Assembly: GCA_032128875.1 (NCBI GenBank)
Contig: JAVLKG010000003.1
Coordinates: 257,008 to 321,007, forward strand
Length of the DNA stretch: 64,000 nt
DNA from: Candidatus Melainabacteria bacterium 17Bon1m
GTDB taxonomy: Bacteria > Cyanobacteriota > Vampirovibrionia > Obscuribacterales > Obscuribacteraceae
Direction: 5' to 3'
This document shows, one piece after another, positions 1-9,770 of this stretch. Position 1 is the stretch's first letter. Every line of letters begins with the position of its first letter. The notes beneath the pieces were generated by a model. The model was not told where the DNA came from and searched no databases. It worked only from the letters and a program-made list of their open reading frames with translations. The position numbers and the translations under genes are program-made.

Positions 1-358
1 CTGCTGTTGGCTTCACTCCGAGCTTGGTTTCCATGTCGGCAATTACTTTATTGATGCTTTCCTCTTCCGCTGTTCTTTTCTGCAGCTTGTAGAGCTGAGA
101 CATTAATCTCAGCGTCTTCAAAACGTGCTCATCCTGCGGACCAAAGAGTTGTGCTTCCTTCATGCAAAGCGTCAATTGCTTTTCTGCTTCCGCTAATTCT
201 CCGGATTTCAAAAGCCGGTTGCCGAGGTCGTAAAAGGTTTCCCACGCAAGCGAATTGCCTGCGGCCATTGCTTGTACTGCCGGCAACAACGTCATGGTTG
301 CCGCGAGAATTATGTTGGTGGCGCTGCGTCTTTTGCTAGTCCATCGATTAGAAATCAC
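1..358 (-). CDS. Putative secreted TPR-like protein, N-terminal part (runs off the left edge)
   Basis: Manually translated open frame from GTG at 358: signal-peptide-like ...IILAATMTLLPAVQAMAA, then WETFYDLGNRLLKSGELAEAEKQL (TPR-like helix pair). No stop before position 1; absent from the ORF track. Confidence 0.7.
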   Translation of the reverse strand, partial: MISNRWTSKRRSATNIILAATMTLLPAVQAMAAGNSLAWETFYDLGNRLLKSGELAEAEKQLTLCMKEAQLFGPQDEHVLKTLRLMSQLYKLQKRTAEEESINKVIADMETKLGVKPTA

Positions 359-588
359 TGGCTGTCAAACCCCTCTGGTCCTGGGAGCCGAATTCCCCAT
401 ATTTTATCCGGTGGGTATCTTTATTTCTATTGATCTTGGCGCTATTTGAAGAGCGAAAATGCTGCTGGTTTCCCTTTTGATGGTGTTGCATATGGTGGCG
501 CAAATTTGTTGTGTTGCGAAAATTCTTGTTGTGGTCAGCGGACTTTAGCGAATACTCCGTTTTATCAAGTTGGTATAAAGTTGCGAAA

Positions 589-617
589 TTTGATTGAACA
601 ATCATGTTCAAATCAAA
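589..617. promoter_or_regulatory. Imperfect palindrome in divergent promoter region (candidate operator)
   Basis: TTTGAT-TGAACA-atca-TGTTCA-a-ATCAAA. Confidence 0.35.
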
Positions 618-795
618 ACAAACCCGCCTCGCATCGGGTATAAAAGAGGCGTTCATATATAAGTGAATAAGCAGTAACGCTGGTTGTCAGGCAGGCGTTG
701 GTATCCCTCGGTAAGCATCTCCCCGGTAAATTGCTCGTTGAATTGCCGGGACGGTTGTCGAATTAAACATTCAGGTTAGTCCTCAGGGAGGAAAT

Positions 796-1695
796 ATGCA
801 GAAAAGGGTCTTTGGCAAAACCGGCATGGAAGTCAGTGTTCTTGGCTTCGGCGGAGCAGAAATCGGTTTTGAAGGGGCTAATGTGGCTCACGTGCGAGAA
901 ATGCTCAGCGCGGCTCTTGACGCGGGTTTGAATGTTGTCGATACCGCTGAATGCTACATGGATAGTGAAGAACTCCTGGGCGAAGCCATTTCTTCGCGCC
1001 GCCAGGATTTCTATCTCTTTACTAAGTGCGGGCACAAGTGGACCTATACCGAAGAAGCCTGGGGCGCTGCAGATATCGCTGAAAGTTTGGAGCGCAGCTT
1101 GAAGCGACTCAAGACTGACTATGTAGACCTCCTGCAACTTCACAGCTGCAGCAAGAAAATCTTGCAAAAGGGCGAATGCATCAAAGCGTTGCAGAAAGCC
1201 AAGGAAGAAGGCAAAGTCCGCTTTATTGGATACAGTGGAGATGGCGACGACGCGCTGTATGCCATTAAGACCGGCGCGTTCGATGTTTTGCAAACATCAT
1301 GCAGTATCGCCGATCAAGAGTGCATTGAAAAACTTTTGCCACTTGCGGGTGAAAAGGGCATGGGCGTAATCGCCAAACGTCCAATTGCAAACGCAGCTTG
1401 GCGGTTTGATAGCCGGCCGCAGAACAATTACATTCACGAGTATTGGGAACGTTTGAGAGAGCTGAAATACGATTTTATCAACGGTAAATCCGAAGCCGCC
1501 GGTGAAACCGCGCTGCGCTTCACGCTTTCATCTCCTAACGTTCATACCATGATCGTTGGCACCACAAAACCAACACGGTGGTTGGAAAACGCCAAAGTCG
1601 TCGACAAGGGAAATCTCTCGGAATCGGAATATGAGGCGATTCGTGCGCGCTGGAAGCAAGTTGCAGCAGGCAAAGACTGGGTCGGCCAAGTTTAA
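796..1695 (+). CDS. Aldo/keto reductase
   Basis: KRVFGKTGMEVSVLGFG, DTAECY, TKCG, SLKRLKTDYVDLLQLH, GKVRFIGYS; SD GGAGG upstream. Confidence 0.93.
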   Translation: MQKRVFGKTGMEVSVLGFGGAEIGFEGANVAHVREMLSAALDAGLNVVDTAECYMDSEELLGEAISSRRQDFYLFTKCGHKWTYTEEAWGAADIAESLERSLKRLKTDYVDLLQLHSCSKKILQKGECIKALQKAKEEGKVRFIGYSGDGDDALYAIKTGAFDVLQTSCSIADQECIEKLLPLAGEKGMGVIAKRPIANAAWRFDSRPQNNYIHEYWERLRELKYDFINGKSEAAGETALRFTLSSPNVHTMIVGTTKPTRWLENAKVVDKGNLSESEYEAIRARWKQVAAGKDWVGQV

Positions 1696-1712
1696 GGTTC
1701 TTAGGTCTAAAG

Positions 1713-1740
1713 CGTAGCGGCGATGCCATGCGTCGCCCGG
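1713..1740 (+). repeat. GTAG-type REP-like palindrome, copy 1
   Basis: CGTAGCGGCGATGCCATGCGTCGCCCGG; 25/28 identical to the reverse complement of 7013-7040. Confidence 0.7.
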
Positions 1741-1765
1741 TCAAACAAATTCCTGTTAGGCGCAT

Positions 1766-2977
1766 ATGTTTGAACGATTTACTGAATCGGCAATCAAAGC
1801 CATTATGCTGGCTCAAGAAGAAGCTAGGCGGCTCGGTCATAACTTCGTGGGGACTGAGCAGATTCTACTTGGGTTAATTTGGGAGAACAATGGAATTGCG
1901 GCGCAATCTTTGAAGTCGCATGGAGTCACGCTCGCGAATGCTCGAGCGGAGATTGAAAAGATAATCGGTCGCGGGGACGGATTTGTCTCGGTCGAAATTC
2001 CATTTACTCCGCGCTCAAAAAGCGTGCTTGAGACGTCTTGCAGAGAATCTATGATTCTCGCGGACGATGACATAAGCACTCAACACCTGTTGCTCGGAAT
2101 CCTTCGCGAAGGTAATGGAGTCGCATGTCGTGTTCTTGGTCTTCTCGAAGTAGATCGAGAACGTCTTCGGGTTGATCTCCTCAAGGCTATGGGAAAAGTG
2201 GAGCCCAATTTTCCGGACGCACCGGTCGTACCCAAAAATACAGATCTGAGCAGTGGTTACGAATATTCTTGGTATGAGCCAAACGCCATTGCTGCAATTA
2301 AGCGCGCTCGTGGTATTGCTGAAACACTCGGCGCTTCTACGATTGAAGCAGAGCACCTGTGCCTGGCTCTCTTAAGAGACAGTGAACTTCTTCAAATGAT
2401 TCAGGCAGAGAAACGTATTGATTTATCTGCCTTGCGTCAGCAGCTGTTGAACGGTGTTCCTGTGGGCGGCGCAGTTCCTGCGCAATCGATGAGCTTTTCT
2501 TCCGAGGCTACCGAAATCTTGACGAATGCTTGGAAAGTTGTGGTGGAAGAGAAAGCTGTATGGGTCACCAGAGAAGCAATTTTGCTTGGAGCTTTAAGAG
2601 AAGACAACGGAGTGTTTTGTAAATCCCTGCGGGCGGTTAATGAAGTTCCCGACGAAGTTACTAGGGTTGTGATTGAATGCATAGCAGCACGCAAGCGCGC
2701 TGCGGCGCTAGACAAAGTTGCTGCTAAGTTTGCGGCTCCCGTGCCAGATGCGCCGACTTCCAAACCAGAGTCGCTGACTCCTGCATTCGTTTCGCGATCT
2801 CCTGCATCATCGGACGTTGAAGATGGTTCGGTGTCGAGAGGGTGGTCTATCGGCCTAGGGATAGCTGCCTTGGTTGTTGGCGCCATATTTCTAACCGATC
2901 ACGACAAGTTCGTCTTGATAGCGCCTGTTCTCTTGCTTGTTTGTTTTGTCTTGCTCTTCATAAAGACAGATCGTTGA
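1766..2977 (+). CDS. Clp N-terminal (Clp repeat) domain protein with C-terminal membrane anchor and no AAA+ module
   Basis: [37 protein letters not shown] resembles cyanobacterial ClpC N-domain; second degenerate pair ([22 protein letters not shown]); Pro-rich linker; two hydrophobic helices; no Walker A. Confidence 0.85.
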   Translation: MFERFTESAIKAIMLAQEEARRLGHNFVGTEQILLGLIWENNGIAAQSLKSHGVTLANARAEIEKIIGRGDGFVSVEIPFTPRSKSVLETSCRESMILADDDISTQHLLLGILREGNGVACRVLGLLEVDRERLRVDLLKAMGKVEPNFPDAPVVPKNTDLSSGYEYSWYEPNAIAAIKRARGIAETLGASTIEAEHLCLALLRDSELLQMIQAEKRIDLSALRQQLLNGVPVGGAVPAQSMSFSSEATEILTNAWKVVVEEKAVWVTREAILLGALREDNGVFCKSLRAVNEVPDEVTRVVIECIAARKRAAALDKVAAKFAAPVPDAPTSKPESLTPAFVSRSPASSDVEDGSVSRGWSIGLGIAALVVGAIFLTDHDKFVLIAPVLLLVCFVLLFIKTDR

Positions 2978-3016
2978 TAGCTGTTCTTCGTTGATAGCAA
3001 TTCTGTATGGATGAGC

Positions 3017-4489
3017 CTACGGAATTATTCCGTGTTCGCGCATGACTTTGTCCATGTTGTCGTCGATGACGTGCGCATTTGTCTTGTCGATTTCAGCGCC
3101 ATGTGGAAGTAGTGATGTTTTCAACTCACTCATTCGCTTCGCCGCATCCTTCTCGTTCCGCTCGGTGTACAGCTTTTCCTGTGCTTGCATTTCTTTGAGC
3201 AAACGATGCTTTGCTTTTTCGGTTGAAACTTCGAGGAGTGGAACTGAAACAACAACCCAATTCTCCGCATGCGGCAAGTCGCCGCTCTTGCGTGCGAGCT
3301 CGGCCAACAAAAGATAGGTGTTTAGCCGATCTTCCGGCGTGATGCCAAAGCAATAATCTTGAATATCGAGAATTTCTTGTAGATATGCACCAGCTTCTTT
3401 CAGGTCGTCAACTTCCAAATTGTTGCGCACCATACTTGAAAGTGATCTTACTGACTCGGGATGGCTGTATCCGAAAAGGCGCTCTGTGAGGTCCATTTCT
3501 TGCTTGCGGAAGCGAAGCGCGTCCACGTATTTGCATCTTTCTTCGAGTATGTCGGCAATTTGTTGTGACAGCTCTCGCAGGCGAATTGATTTGCGCGGGT
3601 CGTGTTCTTCTATGTGCTCGAACTCACGAATGAGCAACTCTAAGTGCTCATCATCTGTCTGTTTTGCTTTGTCGGTTGCCGCTGCGCCTTTGAGTTGGCT
3701 GATGCGATTTGTGAGTTTCAAAACTTCGTGTGGTGCTTTCGATTTGTCTTGCTCGAATAGAGTCAATGCCTTATTCAATAGATCGACGGCCGCCGGTGTT
3801 TGACCCATCTGAGAGTAAACTTCGGCAAGTGCTTCTAAGATCAGGATTGAAAGTGGGTTTTTGATGCTGGGTTCGCCGACTAGATTCAGCGCTCGCAGCA
3901 GCAAAACTTCTGCATCGTTATATCTTTCCATGCGCTTCAACAAGTCACCAAGATCAAAGAGTGACTCGGCAAGAGTTGGATGTTCCGAGCCGAAAATTGC
4001 TTCTTTCTTCTTGAGTGCGCGCCGCATCAGGGTTTCTGCTTCCGGTAAATTGCCGAGCATCACTTCAGCTTTTGCTAGTTTTGCAAGAAGATTTGCCATT
4101 GAAGCACTTTTTACTTCGCCGGCTGCCTTTCGTAGAACGGCTGCGCGAGAGAAGAATGTAGCTGCGCGGTAAAACTCCTTACGCAGTAAATAGACGCTTC
4201 CTAATGCTTCCAGAATTGCGCTGATTGCAAGATTGTCTCTAGGCGAGGCGCATTCCAGTGCGTTGAGTGTTTCAAACAAAATCGACTCTGCTTCAGTGTA
4301 TGCAGAACGCTTTGCCAGAAGTTCGGACAAACCTTTTGCAGCCTGCGCGCGCGCTGCGTGAGCTGTTTCATCTTTCTTGCACTCTTCAAAGAACGAGCGA
4401 AAGAGGCGCTCTGCATCTGCAGTTTGACCCTGCGCTAATGCTTCTTCTGCCGCCTGCTGAAACTGTTGCCAACTCATATAATCAAACAA
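3017..4489 (-). CDS. Tetratricopeptide repeat protein
   Basis: Repeated TPR units, e.g. FGSEHPTLAESLFDLGDLL..YNDAEVLLLRAL. Confidence 0.85.
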   Translation of the reverse strand: MFDYMSWQQFQQAAEEALAQGQTADAERLFRSFFEECKKDETAHAARAQAAKGLSELLAKRSAYTEAESILFETLNALECASPRDNLAISAILEALGSVYLLRKEFYRAATFFSRAAVLRKAAGEVKSASMANLLAKLAKAEVMLGNLPEAETLMRRALKKKEAIFGSEHPTLAESLFDLGDLLKRMERYNDAEVLLLRALNLVGEPSIKNPLSILILEALAEVYSQMGQTPAAVDLLNKALTLFEQDKSKAPHEVLKLTNRISQLKGAAATDKAKQTDDEHLELLIREFEHIEEHDPRKSIRLRELSQQIADILEERCKYVDALRFRKQEMDLTERLFGYSHPESVRSLSSMVRNNLEVDDLKEAGAYLQEILDIQDYCFGITPEDRLNTYLLLAELARKSGDLPHAENWVVVSVPLLEVSTEKAKHRLLKEMQAQEKLYTERNEKDAAKRMSELKTSLLPHGAEIDKTNAHVIDDNMDKVMREHGIIP

Positions 4490-4650
4490 TCGCCACTGTG
4501 ATGCCGATAAGATCGCACGTCGACATTAGCTTGCCAGCTTAGCGTGTTGCCTATCGCCAGTGCATAGCCAATGCTTAGAATGAATGTTAACACGGCTCCG
4601 CGCAACGGATCGCAAATACGTTGAAGGCGAACCTTTCGTTTGTCTGTCGG

Positions 4651-5175
4651 CTATTGAAGGCGTGAATAGGCTCTGCCACGGCAGGAAGGCGGGTCAACGC
4701 ATGGGTTGCTTCGCATTCCGTTGCGTCCGACCGCGTGGCTTGGGTCGTCCAACATTTGTCCCGGATAAAGCGTTGTGGGCGCAGCTTGCGTGTAAACCTG
4801 TGTTTGCTGCAGTTGATCAGGCATCATAAGTGGAGCGCCGGCTTGCACATATTGTGGCTGCATCATGCCAGGCTGCATCATTGGTTGCGCCATGGGTTGC
4901 ATCATCTGCTGCTGTTGTAGCGCTGCCGCCTGATTGTATGCGGCTTGCTGGTCATCGGCAACCGCAATCGGTCCGCTGTTTGGCAAGCTTTCCATCGCAT
5001 GCGCTGCGCCTGGTCCAGCGTGGTCGACTTGTGCCGCCTGGGGACCCTTATTCATCATGCCTACTGCGCCGCAGTAAACGAAGGTTACTACTCCACCGAT
5101 AAAAACGCCCAAGAGGAGCAGGATGATTTTGCTGAGGACTTCGCCGTTGTCTTCTGTTGGCTGCATAATGCTCAA
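4651..5175 (-). CDS. Hypothetical single-pass membrane protein with Gln/Met/Pro-rich region
   Basis: TM helix IILLLLGVFIGGVVTFVY; QQQQMMQPMAQPMMQPGMMQPQ; C-terminal Cys pair. Confidence 0.6.
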   Translation of the reverse strand: MSIMQPTEDNGEVLSKIILLLLGVFIGGVVTFVYCGAVGMMNKGPQAAQVDHAGPGAAHAMESLPNSGPIAVADDQQAAYNQAAALQQQQMMQPMAQPMMQPGMMQPQYVQAGAPLMMPDQLQQTQVYTQAAPTTLYPGQMLDDPSHAVGRNGMRSNPCVDPPSCRGRAYSRLQ

Positions 5176-5384
5176 AGCTCATACCATTCAATAAGAGGGT
5201 GACGATAGCCCTATTGTATGGATGAGGTCGTATTTGACTATGGTGAAAACCGCAAGGGCGCCACTGGGAAGGCCTTTTACGGGCGTGCCTATTCAAGCTG
5301 GAAGCCCTGTAGTGCTTGGTGCGCAAGGGGTTGCGGCGTTTTAGAGAAACGCCGAGGTGCAAAGAAACTCTGTTTAAGTCTATC

Positions 5385-5588
5385 TCAGGCGTTAAACAGG
5401 CTGAACGGACACTTCAGCAAGAAGTCTTTGATGCTGGGAGTGTTTTCCATAGGCTTTGTCATTGCGGTGAGCGCGTCATTGAAACCGCGGGTGCCCAAAC
5501 CAAGACCGGAAACCAGCGAAGCGCTGGCGTCTATTGCAGAAGCCGCGTTTATCGCTCCATCGCCGATGGATGCTAATTCTTGAGCCAT
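5385..5588 (-). CDS. Small hypothetical protein (67 aa)
   Basis: ATG at 5588, MAQELASIGDGAINAASAIDASASL...; co-oriented with neighbours. Confidence 0.35.
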   Translation of the reverse strand: MAQELASIGDGAINAASAIDASASLVSGLGLGTRGFNDALTAMTKPMENTPSIKDFLLKCPFSLFNA

Positions 5589-5689
5589 GAAAAGGGATCT
5601 CACGAGCCGTTGACATCTTGTAGCGTACCAGCGGGCTGAGCTTTTGGCAGCTTAATTTTTGGCGAAGCCGTAACACTGTCTTTTGCGAA

Positions 5690-6985
5690 TCAATCGTTCC
5701 AGTTGATGAACGAAACTTCCAGCGGCTCGCCTTGATTTAGTTTTTCCAGCTTGGCGTCGAAATGCATCATCACATGCGCTTTCGCTAACCCGCTTAGCAT
5801 GTGAGACTCTTGTCCGCGAGTTGGGATGGCGGTGGTATTGCCGTTTTCGTCTTGCTTAAGAGTGCCCCTGACGAAGTCCAATCTGCCGGGACGCTTCTTC
5901 AGTGCAGAACCTGCGGTGAGTTTCAGGGTCTCGTTGCGGAAGAATGCTCCACCTGCCATCTTTCGGAGCGCCGGTTTCACAATTTGGTGGAAAGTAACCA
6001 GGACAGAGACGGGATTGCCAGGTAATCCGAAAACGTATTTGCGTCCCACGAACTTATGCTGGCCGTCCTGGTTGTCGCTGTCTTTGCTATCGTTGTTCTT
6101 TGCGTCTAGAACTCCGAAATATACAGGCTTTCCAGGTTTGATTGCAATGCGCCAAAAAACGGTTTTGAAGCCCAAGCCCTCGAGCGTTTCCTTTACGTAG
6201 TCATGGTCTCCGACAGATACACCGCCGGAGGAAATAACCATATCGCTTTCAGAAAGAGCTTTCTCGAACGCTTCTTTTGTTTCTTCTTTCGTGTCTCTCG
6301 CGATAAAACTCTTGCAGTCGTTAATGCCGAGCGCGTTTAACGCAGCAGTCAAACCGTATGCGTTCGAGTCATAAATCTGACCATCTTTGAGCGGATTGCC
6401 TGGTTCGACTAATTCGTCTCCTGTAACGACGAGCGCGACGCGTGGTTTTTTGAAGACAGAAAACTTGGTGTGTCCAAGCGAGGCTAGGAGCGCGACTACA
6501 GGGGGATTGGCTTTGATGCCTGCTTCGAGAACTGTTTCGCCTGTCTTGTATTCGTCGCCGGCTCTGCGAATGTTTTCGCCCGATTTTGCGCCACACTCGA
6601 TGTGAACGCTGCCATTTTCTTCTCGGCAGTATTCGCGCATAACGACGGCTTCGCAGGAAGTGGGGACGCGGGCTCCAGTGAAGATCTTGACTGTTTCCCC
6701 AGTGCTGATCTGCAGCTCTTTGGGAGAACCTGCAGCGATTGCGGAGACAAGTTTGAGTTGCTTGGGCGCCGCCTCAGAAACGTCAGCCAGATCGCTAACC
6801 TTTATACCGTAGCCGTCAACCGCGGAGTTGTCGAATTGTGGGCTGTTCATCGTCGCGACAACATCTTCAGCGAGATAGCATCCAGCCATTTCGCGGAGGG
6901 CGACTTCTGTCTTGCCTAAAGTCGACACATTCTCTTCGACCAGTTGTAGCGCTTCTTCGAAAGAAATCATTGACGTTTTTACCAA
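5690..6985 (-). CDS. moeA: Molybdopterin molybdenumtransferase
   Basis: PQFDNSAVDGY, IFTGA, TGDELV, SSGGVSVGDHDY, IKPGKP, GLPGNPVS. Confidence 0.96.
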   Translation of the reverse strand: MVKTSMISFEEALQLVEENVSTLGKTEVALREMAGCYLAEDVVATMNSPQFDNSAVDGYGIKVSDLADVSEAAPKQLKLVSAIAAGSPKELQISTGETVKIFTGARVPTSCEAVVMREYCREENGSVHIECGAKSGENIRRAGDEYKTGETVLEAGIKANPPVVALLASLGHTKFSVFKKPRVALVVTGDELVEPGNPLKDGQIYDSNAYGLTAALNALGINDCKSFIARDTKEETKEAFEKALSESDMVISSGGVSVGDHDYVKETLEGLGFKTVFWRIAIKPGKPVYFGVLDAKNNDSKDSDNQDGQHKFVGRKYVFGLPGNPVSVLVTFHQIVKPALRKMAGGAFFRNETLKLTAGSALKKRPGRLDFVRGTLKQDENGNTTAIPTRGQESHMLSGLAKAHVMMHFDAKLEKLNQGEPLEVSFINWND

Positions 6986-7012
6986 AAGACTATGCCGGAT
7001 AAATCGCTTCAG

Positions 7013-7040
7013 CCGGGCGACGCATGGCGTCGTCCCTACG
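7013..7040 (-). repeat. GTAG-type REP-like palindrome, copy 2 (contains the moaC/mogA TAG stop)
   Basis: Minus strand CGTAGGGACGACGCCATGCGTCGCCCGG. Confidence 0.7.
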
Positions 7041-7992
7041 CTTTGCCTTTTGCTTCTTGCAATTTTGGCTCGTCCTTTTTATCGTCGTGACACTCGTCAT
7101 TGAGCATTTTGAATGCGTGGAAGATGAATGGGAACAGCGCTGCCATGCCGTCTTTCACGCCTCCGGTAGAGCCCGGCAAAGTGATAATTACTGTTTTATC
7201 GCGAACTCCTGCGAGCGAGCGGGAGAACATCGCAAACGGATTTCTTTCTTGTCCGTATGCTCGCAAAGTCTCTGCAACACCAGGCAATTCGCGTTCGATC
7301 AAGTTCTTGATCGCTTCTGGCGTCGTATCGCGCGACGACAGTCCGGTACCGCCCGTGGTGATAAGCAAATCGACTTTTAACTCGTCGGACAAGCGAAGAA
7401 TTTCTTTCTTTGCCACTTCCGCATCGTCGGGGATAATCTTGTACTCGTCCACTGACAGCCCTTCTTCCTGAAGTTTGTCGACGATAATTCGCCCCGAAAT
7501 GTCTTGTTTCTTACCGGCTGCGCAAGAGTCGGAAAGAACAATAACCCCTGCTTTCAGAACGCCTGGGCGCTTGTTGCGGAAGTCGGACTTGCCGCCTTTC
7601 TTTTCGACAAGCAAAACCGCCTCGATCTGCATCAGTTCATCAACCATCTTGAGCATATCGTAGATTGTCAGAGCGGCTACGGATGCGGCTGTCAGTGCTT
7701 CCATCTCGACGCCAGTTTTGTAGATCGCTTTTACTGTCGTGACTATGTGAATGGCATCTTCGTCGAGTTCGAATTCGCATCCGACATAATCAACTGGCAT
7801 TGGATGGCAGTAAGGGATGATTTGCGAGGTGTTTTTCGCCGCCTGAATTGCTGCGACTTTCGCTACGGGGAGCGGATCGCCTTTTGGTCCTGTTCCGTTT
7901 TTGATGATCTTGATAGTCTCAGGGCTAGCTTTGAGCGTGGCTCGCGCTGTCGCAATTCTCAGGGTGTTTACTTTACTCGAAACGTCTCGCAT
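7036..7992 (-). CDS. moaCB: Bifunctional MoaC-MoaB/MogA fusion
   Basis: MoaC: MRDVSSK, PKGD, IPYCHP, TGVEMEALTA, YDMLK, KKGGKS; MogA/MoaB: VLSDS, TTGGTGLSSRDTTPEA, LPGS. Confidence 0.94.
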   Translation of the reverse strand: MRDVSSKVNTLRIATARATLKASPETIKIIKNGTGPKGDPLPVAKVAAIQAAKNTSQIIPYCHPMPVDYVGCEFELDEDAIHIVTTVKAIYKTGVEMEALTAASVAALTIYDMLKMVDELMQIEAVLLVEKKGGKSDFRNKRPGVLKAGVIVLSDSCAAGKKQDISGRIIVDKLQEEGLSVDEYKIIPDDAEVAKKEILRLSDELKVDLLITTGGTGLSSRDTTPEAIKNLIERELPGVAETLRAYGQERNPFAMFSRSLAGVRDKTVIITLPGSTGGVKDGMAALFPFIFHAFKMLNDECHDDKKDEPKLQEAKGKA

Positions 7993-8006
7993 TGTTTTTT
8001 CTCGTT

Positions 8007-8124
8007 GTTTCCTGGGAGCGCCGGCAGCTCGCCGGCTTCGGGGGTTGGTTTCCTGGGAGCGCCGGCAGCTCGCCGGCTTCGGTGGTTGGTTTCCTGGGAG
8101 CGCCGGCGGCTCGCCGGCTTCGGG
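8007..8124. repeat. 41-bp tandem repeat x3 with internal GCCGGC-N5-GCCGGC hairpin (REP-like)
   Basis: CCTGGGAGCGCCGGC(A/G)GCTCGCCGGCTTCG starts at 8011, 8052 and 8093. Confidence 0.92.
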
Positions 8125-8138
8125 TTTTTCTCTTCACT

Positions 8139-8166
8139 GCGGGCAGCGCATGGCGCCGCCCATACG
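8139..8166 (-). repeat. REP-like palindrome, divergent copy 3
   Basis: Minus strand CGTATGGGCGGCGCCATGCGCTGCCCGC; same length and GC-CAT-GC loop as copies 1 and 2, with the stem preserved. Confidence 0.55.
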
Positions 8167-8171
8167 AATTC

Positions 8172-9206
8172 TTAGCCGCCTATCTCAATCATGGTCCGAT
8201 TGTCGGACTGCGAAAGCTCTTCAGCGGGTGCGTGCGCTTCCGGTTTAAGCGACAGCGAATAGCGAATCATCTCTTCAACTTCCGCATCTGTTGCGCCTTC
8301 TCTCATCTTGTCGCGCAAGTTGATTTCGGCAGGATAGAACAAGCACGATTTGACAGAACCATCTGCTGTCAATCTCAGGCGATTGCATGTCGAGCAAAAG
8401 CTATCCGACATCGAGGTGATAAAACTCACCGTTCCTTTTCCTTGCTTGCCGCTCTCATCTGTTAGAGCGAAATCCTTACCGACAGCCGACGGATCAGCAG
8501 AAAGAGAGGTGAGTTTGTACTTGCTCTCGATCGTTTGCATCATGTCTTTGTAGGTGACAACTTTTTCTATATTCCATTCGTTGTCTTTGAAAGGCATGAA
8601 TTCTATGAAGCGGACATTGATTCTGTTTTCAAAAGCGAAGTCGACGAAATCCAACAGTTCATCATCATTGAAGCCTGCCATCACCACTGAATTCAATTTC
8701 AATTCTTCAAAGTTTTCAGCCAGAGCAGATTGTATTCCGCGCCAAACTTGGTCAAATTGATCTCGTCTTGTCACCTGAAGAAATCGATCTTTCTTCAGTG
8801 TGTCGAGGCTGATGTTGAGCGCTTTGATGCCATTTTCTTTCAGGACTTTGGCCTTGTCGCCAAGCAAGGTGGCGTTGGTTGTCATCGCTAATGTCTTCAA
8901 GCCTTCGAGGCGAGCGAGGCGATAGACAAGCTTTTCTATGTCTCGACGAACCATTGGTTCTCCGCCTGTCAGGCGGATCTTGGTGATTCCCCGTTTGACC
9001 ATGATCGCCGCAACGCGCTCGATTTCTTCAAAAGTCAAAAGCTCTTTCTTTTGCCGATAGACGATCCCTTCTGCGGGCATGCAGTATGCGCAGCGTAAAT
9101 TGCAGCGATCTGTTACTGAGATTCGCAGATAGGTATGTACTCGCTGAAACCCGTCCACGAGAGCGTCTTTGTTCAAAAGCTTGATAGGTGAATCCGAAGG
9201 TATCAT
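8172..9206 (-). CDS. moaA: GTP 3',8-cyclase (radical SAM)
   Basis: YLRISVTDRCNLRCAYCMP, RLTGGEP, FCSTCNRLRLTADG..KSCL, C-terminal IGG. Confidence 0.97.
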   Translation of the reverse strand: MIPSDSPIKLLNKDALVDGFQRVHTYLRISVTDRCNLRCAYCMPAEGIVYRQKKELLTFEEIERVAAIMVKRGITKIRLTGGEPMVRRDIEKLVYRLARLEGLKTLAMTTNATLLGDKAKVLKENGIKALNISLDTLKKDRFLQVTRRDQFDQVWRGIQSALAENFEELKLNSVVMAGFNDDELLDFVDFAFENRINVRFIEFMPFKDNEWNIEKVVTYKDMMQTIESKYKLTSLSADPSAVGKDFALTDESGKQGKGTVSFITSMSDSFCSTCNRLRLTADGSVKSCLFYPAEINLRDKMREGATDAEVEEMIRYSLSLKPEAHAPAEELSQSDNRTMIEIGG

Positions 9207-9766
9207 GACTTTGCACCTTTGGATTTTGTTGTGGTCAGATCAGAGCGTTTTTCAGCTTGATGAACATGTCCATTGCACTGTTCATGTTCACTCTCTGGTT
9301 CGTGCTTGTCTTTACTTGCGTGCGTCTGCCCCTGTCCATGCCCGTGCGCGCAGTTCACCCATGATGTCGTACCATCAGCGTAAGTTTCACGCTTCCAGAT
9401 CGGAACACGTTTTTTGATCTCGTTGATGATGAATTCACAAGCTATAAAAGCTTCTTTTCTGTGCGCCGACGAAACCATCACAACCACCGCCAATTCCCCA
9501 ATCTTGAGTGGTCCTGTTCTGTGTACGCAACATGCTTTCAGAATGTCAAACTGGCGCGCTTCCTCGAGAATGCGCTGCCCTTCTTTGACAGCCAACTCTT
9601 CATACGCTTCGTACTCGAGCGCAGTCACTTCTTTGCCTTCGTTGTTTTCGCGCACCCAGCCTTCGAAAGCAACAAAGCCACCGGCTTCAGGCGTGCTCAC
9701 CTGGCACTTGAGCACAGCCAAATCAATCGCGGTATTCGAGATGGAAAACGTCACATCACCCACCAT
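9203..9766 (-). CDS. moaE: Molybdopterin synthase catalytic subunit with His-rich tail
   Basis: GGFVAFEGWVR, LEYEAY, HRTGPLKIGE, SSAHRKEAF, KKRVPIWKRE; likely start is the ATG at 9766. Confidence 0.94.
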   Translation of the reverse strand: MVGDVTFSISNTAIDLAVLKCQVSTPEAGGFVAFEGWVRENNEGKEVTALEYEAYEELAVKEGQRILEEARQFDILKACCVHRTGPLKIGELAVVVMVSSAHRKEAFIACEFIINEIKKRVPIWKRETYADGTTSWVNCAHGHGQGQTHASKDKHEPESEHEQCNGHVHQAEKRSDLTTTKSKGAKS

Positions 9767-9770
9767 GCAC

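Noticed and set aside
151..656. Short ORFs listed at the window start
   Set aside because: Better explained by the edge-truncated minus-strand CDS (1-358) and an AT-rich promoter region.
1766..2977. clpC gene or frameshifted clpC pseudogene
   Set aside because: The frame is intact to a TM-bearing C-terminus and no AAA+ motifs appear in the other frames or downstream.
5218..5583. 121-aa plus-strand ORF
   Set aside because: No recognisable motif, and it overlaps a more plausible minus-strand small ORF and promoter-like DNA; unresolved but less likely.
8007..8124. CRISPR array
   Set aside because: Units are contiguous and near-identical with no unique spacers; no cas genes in the window.
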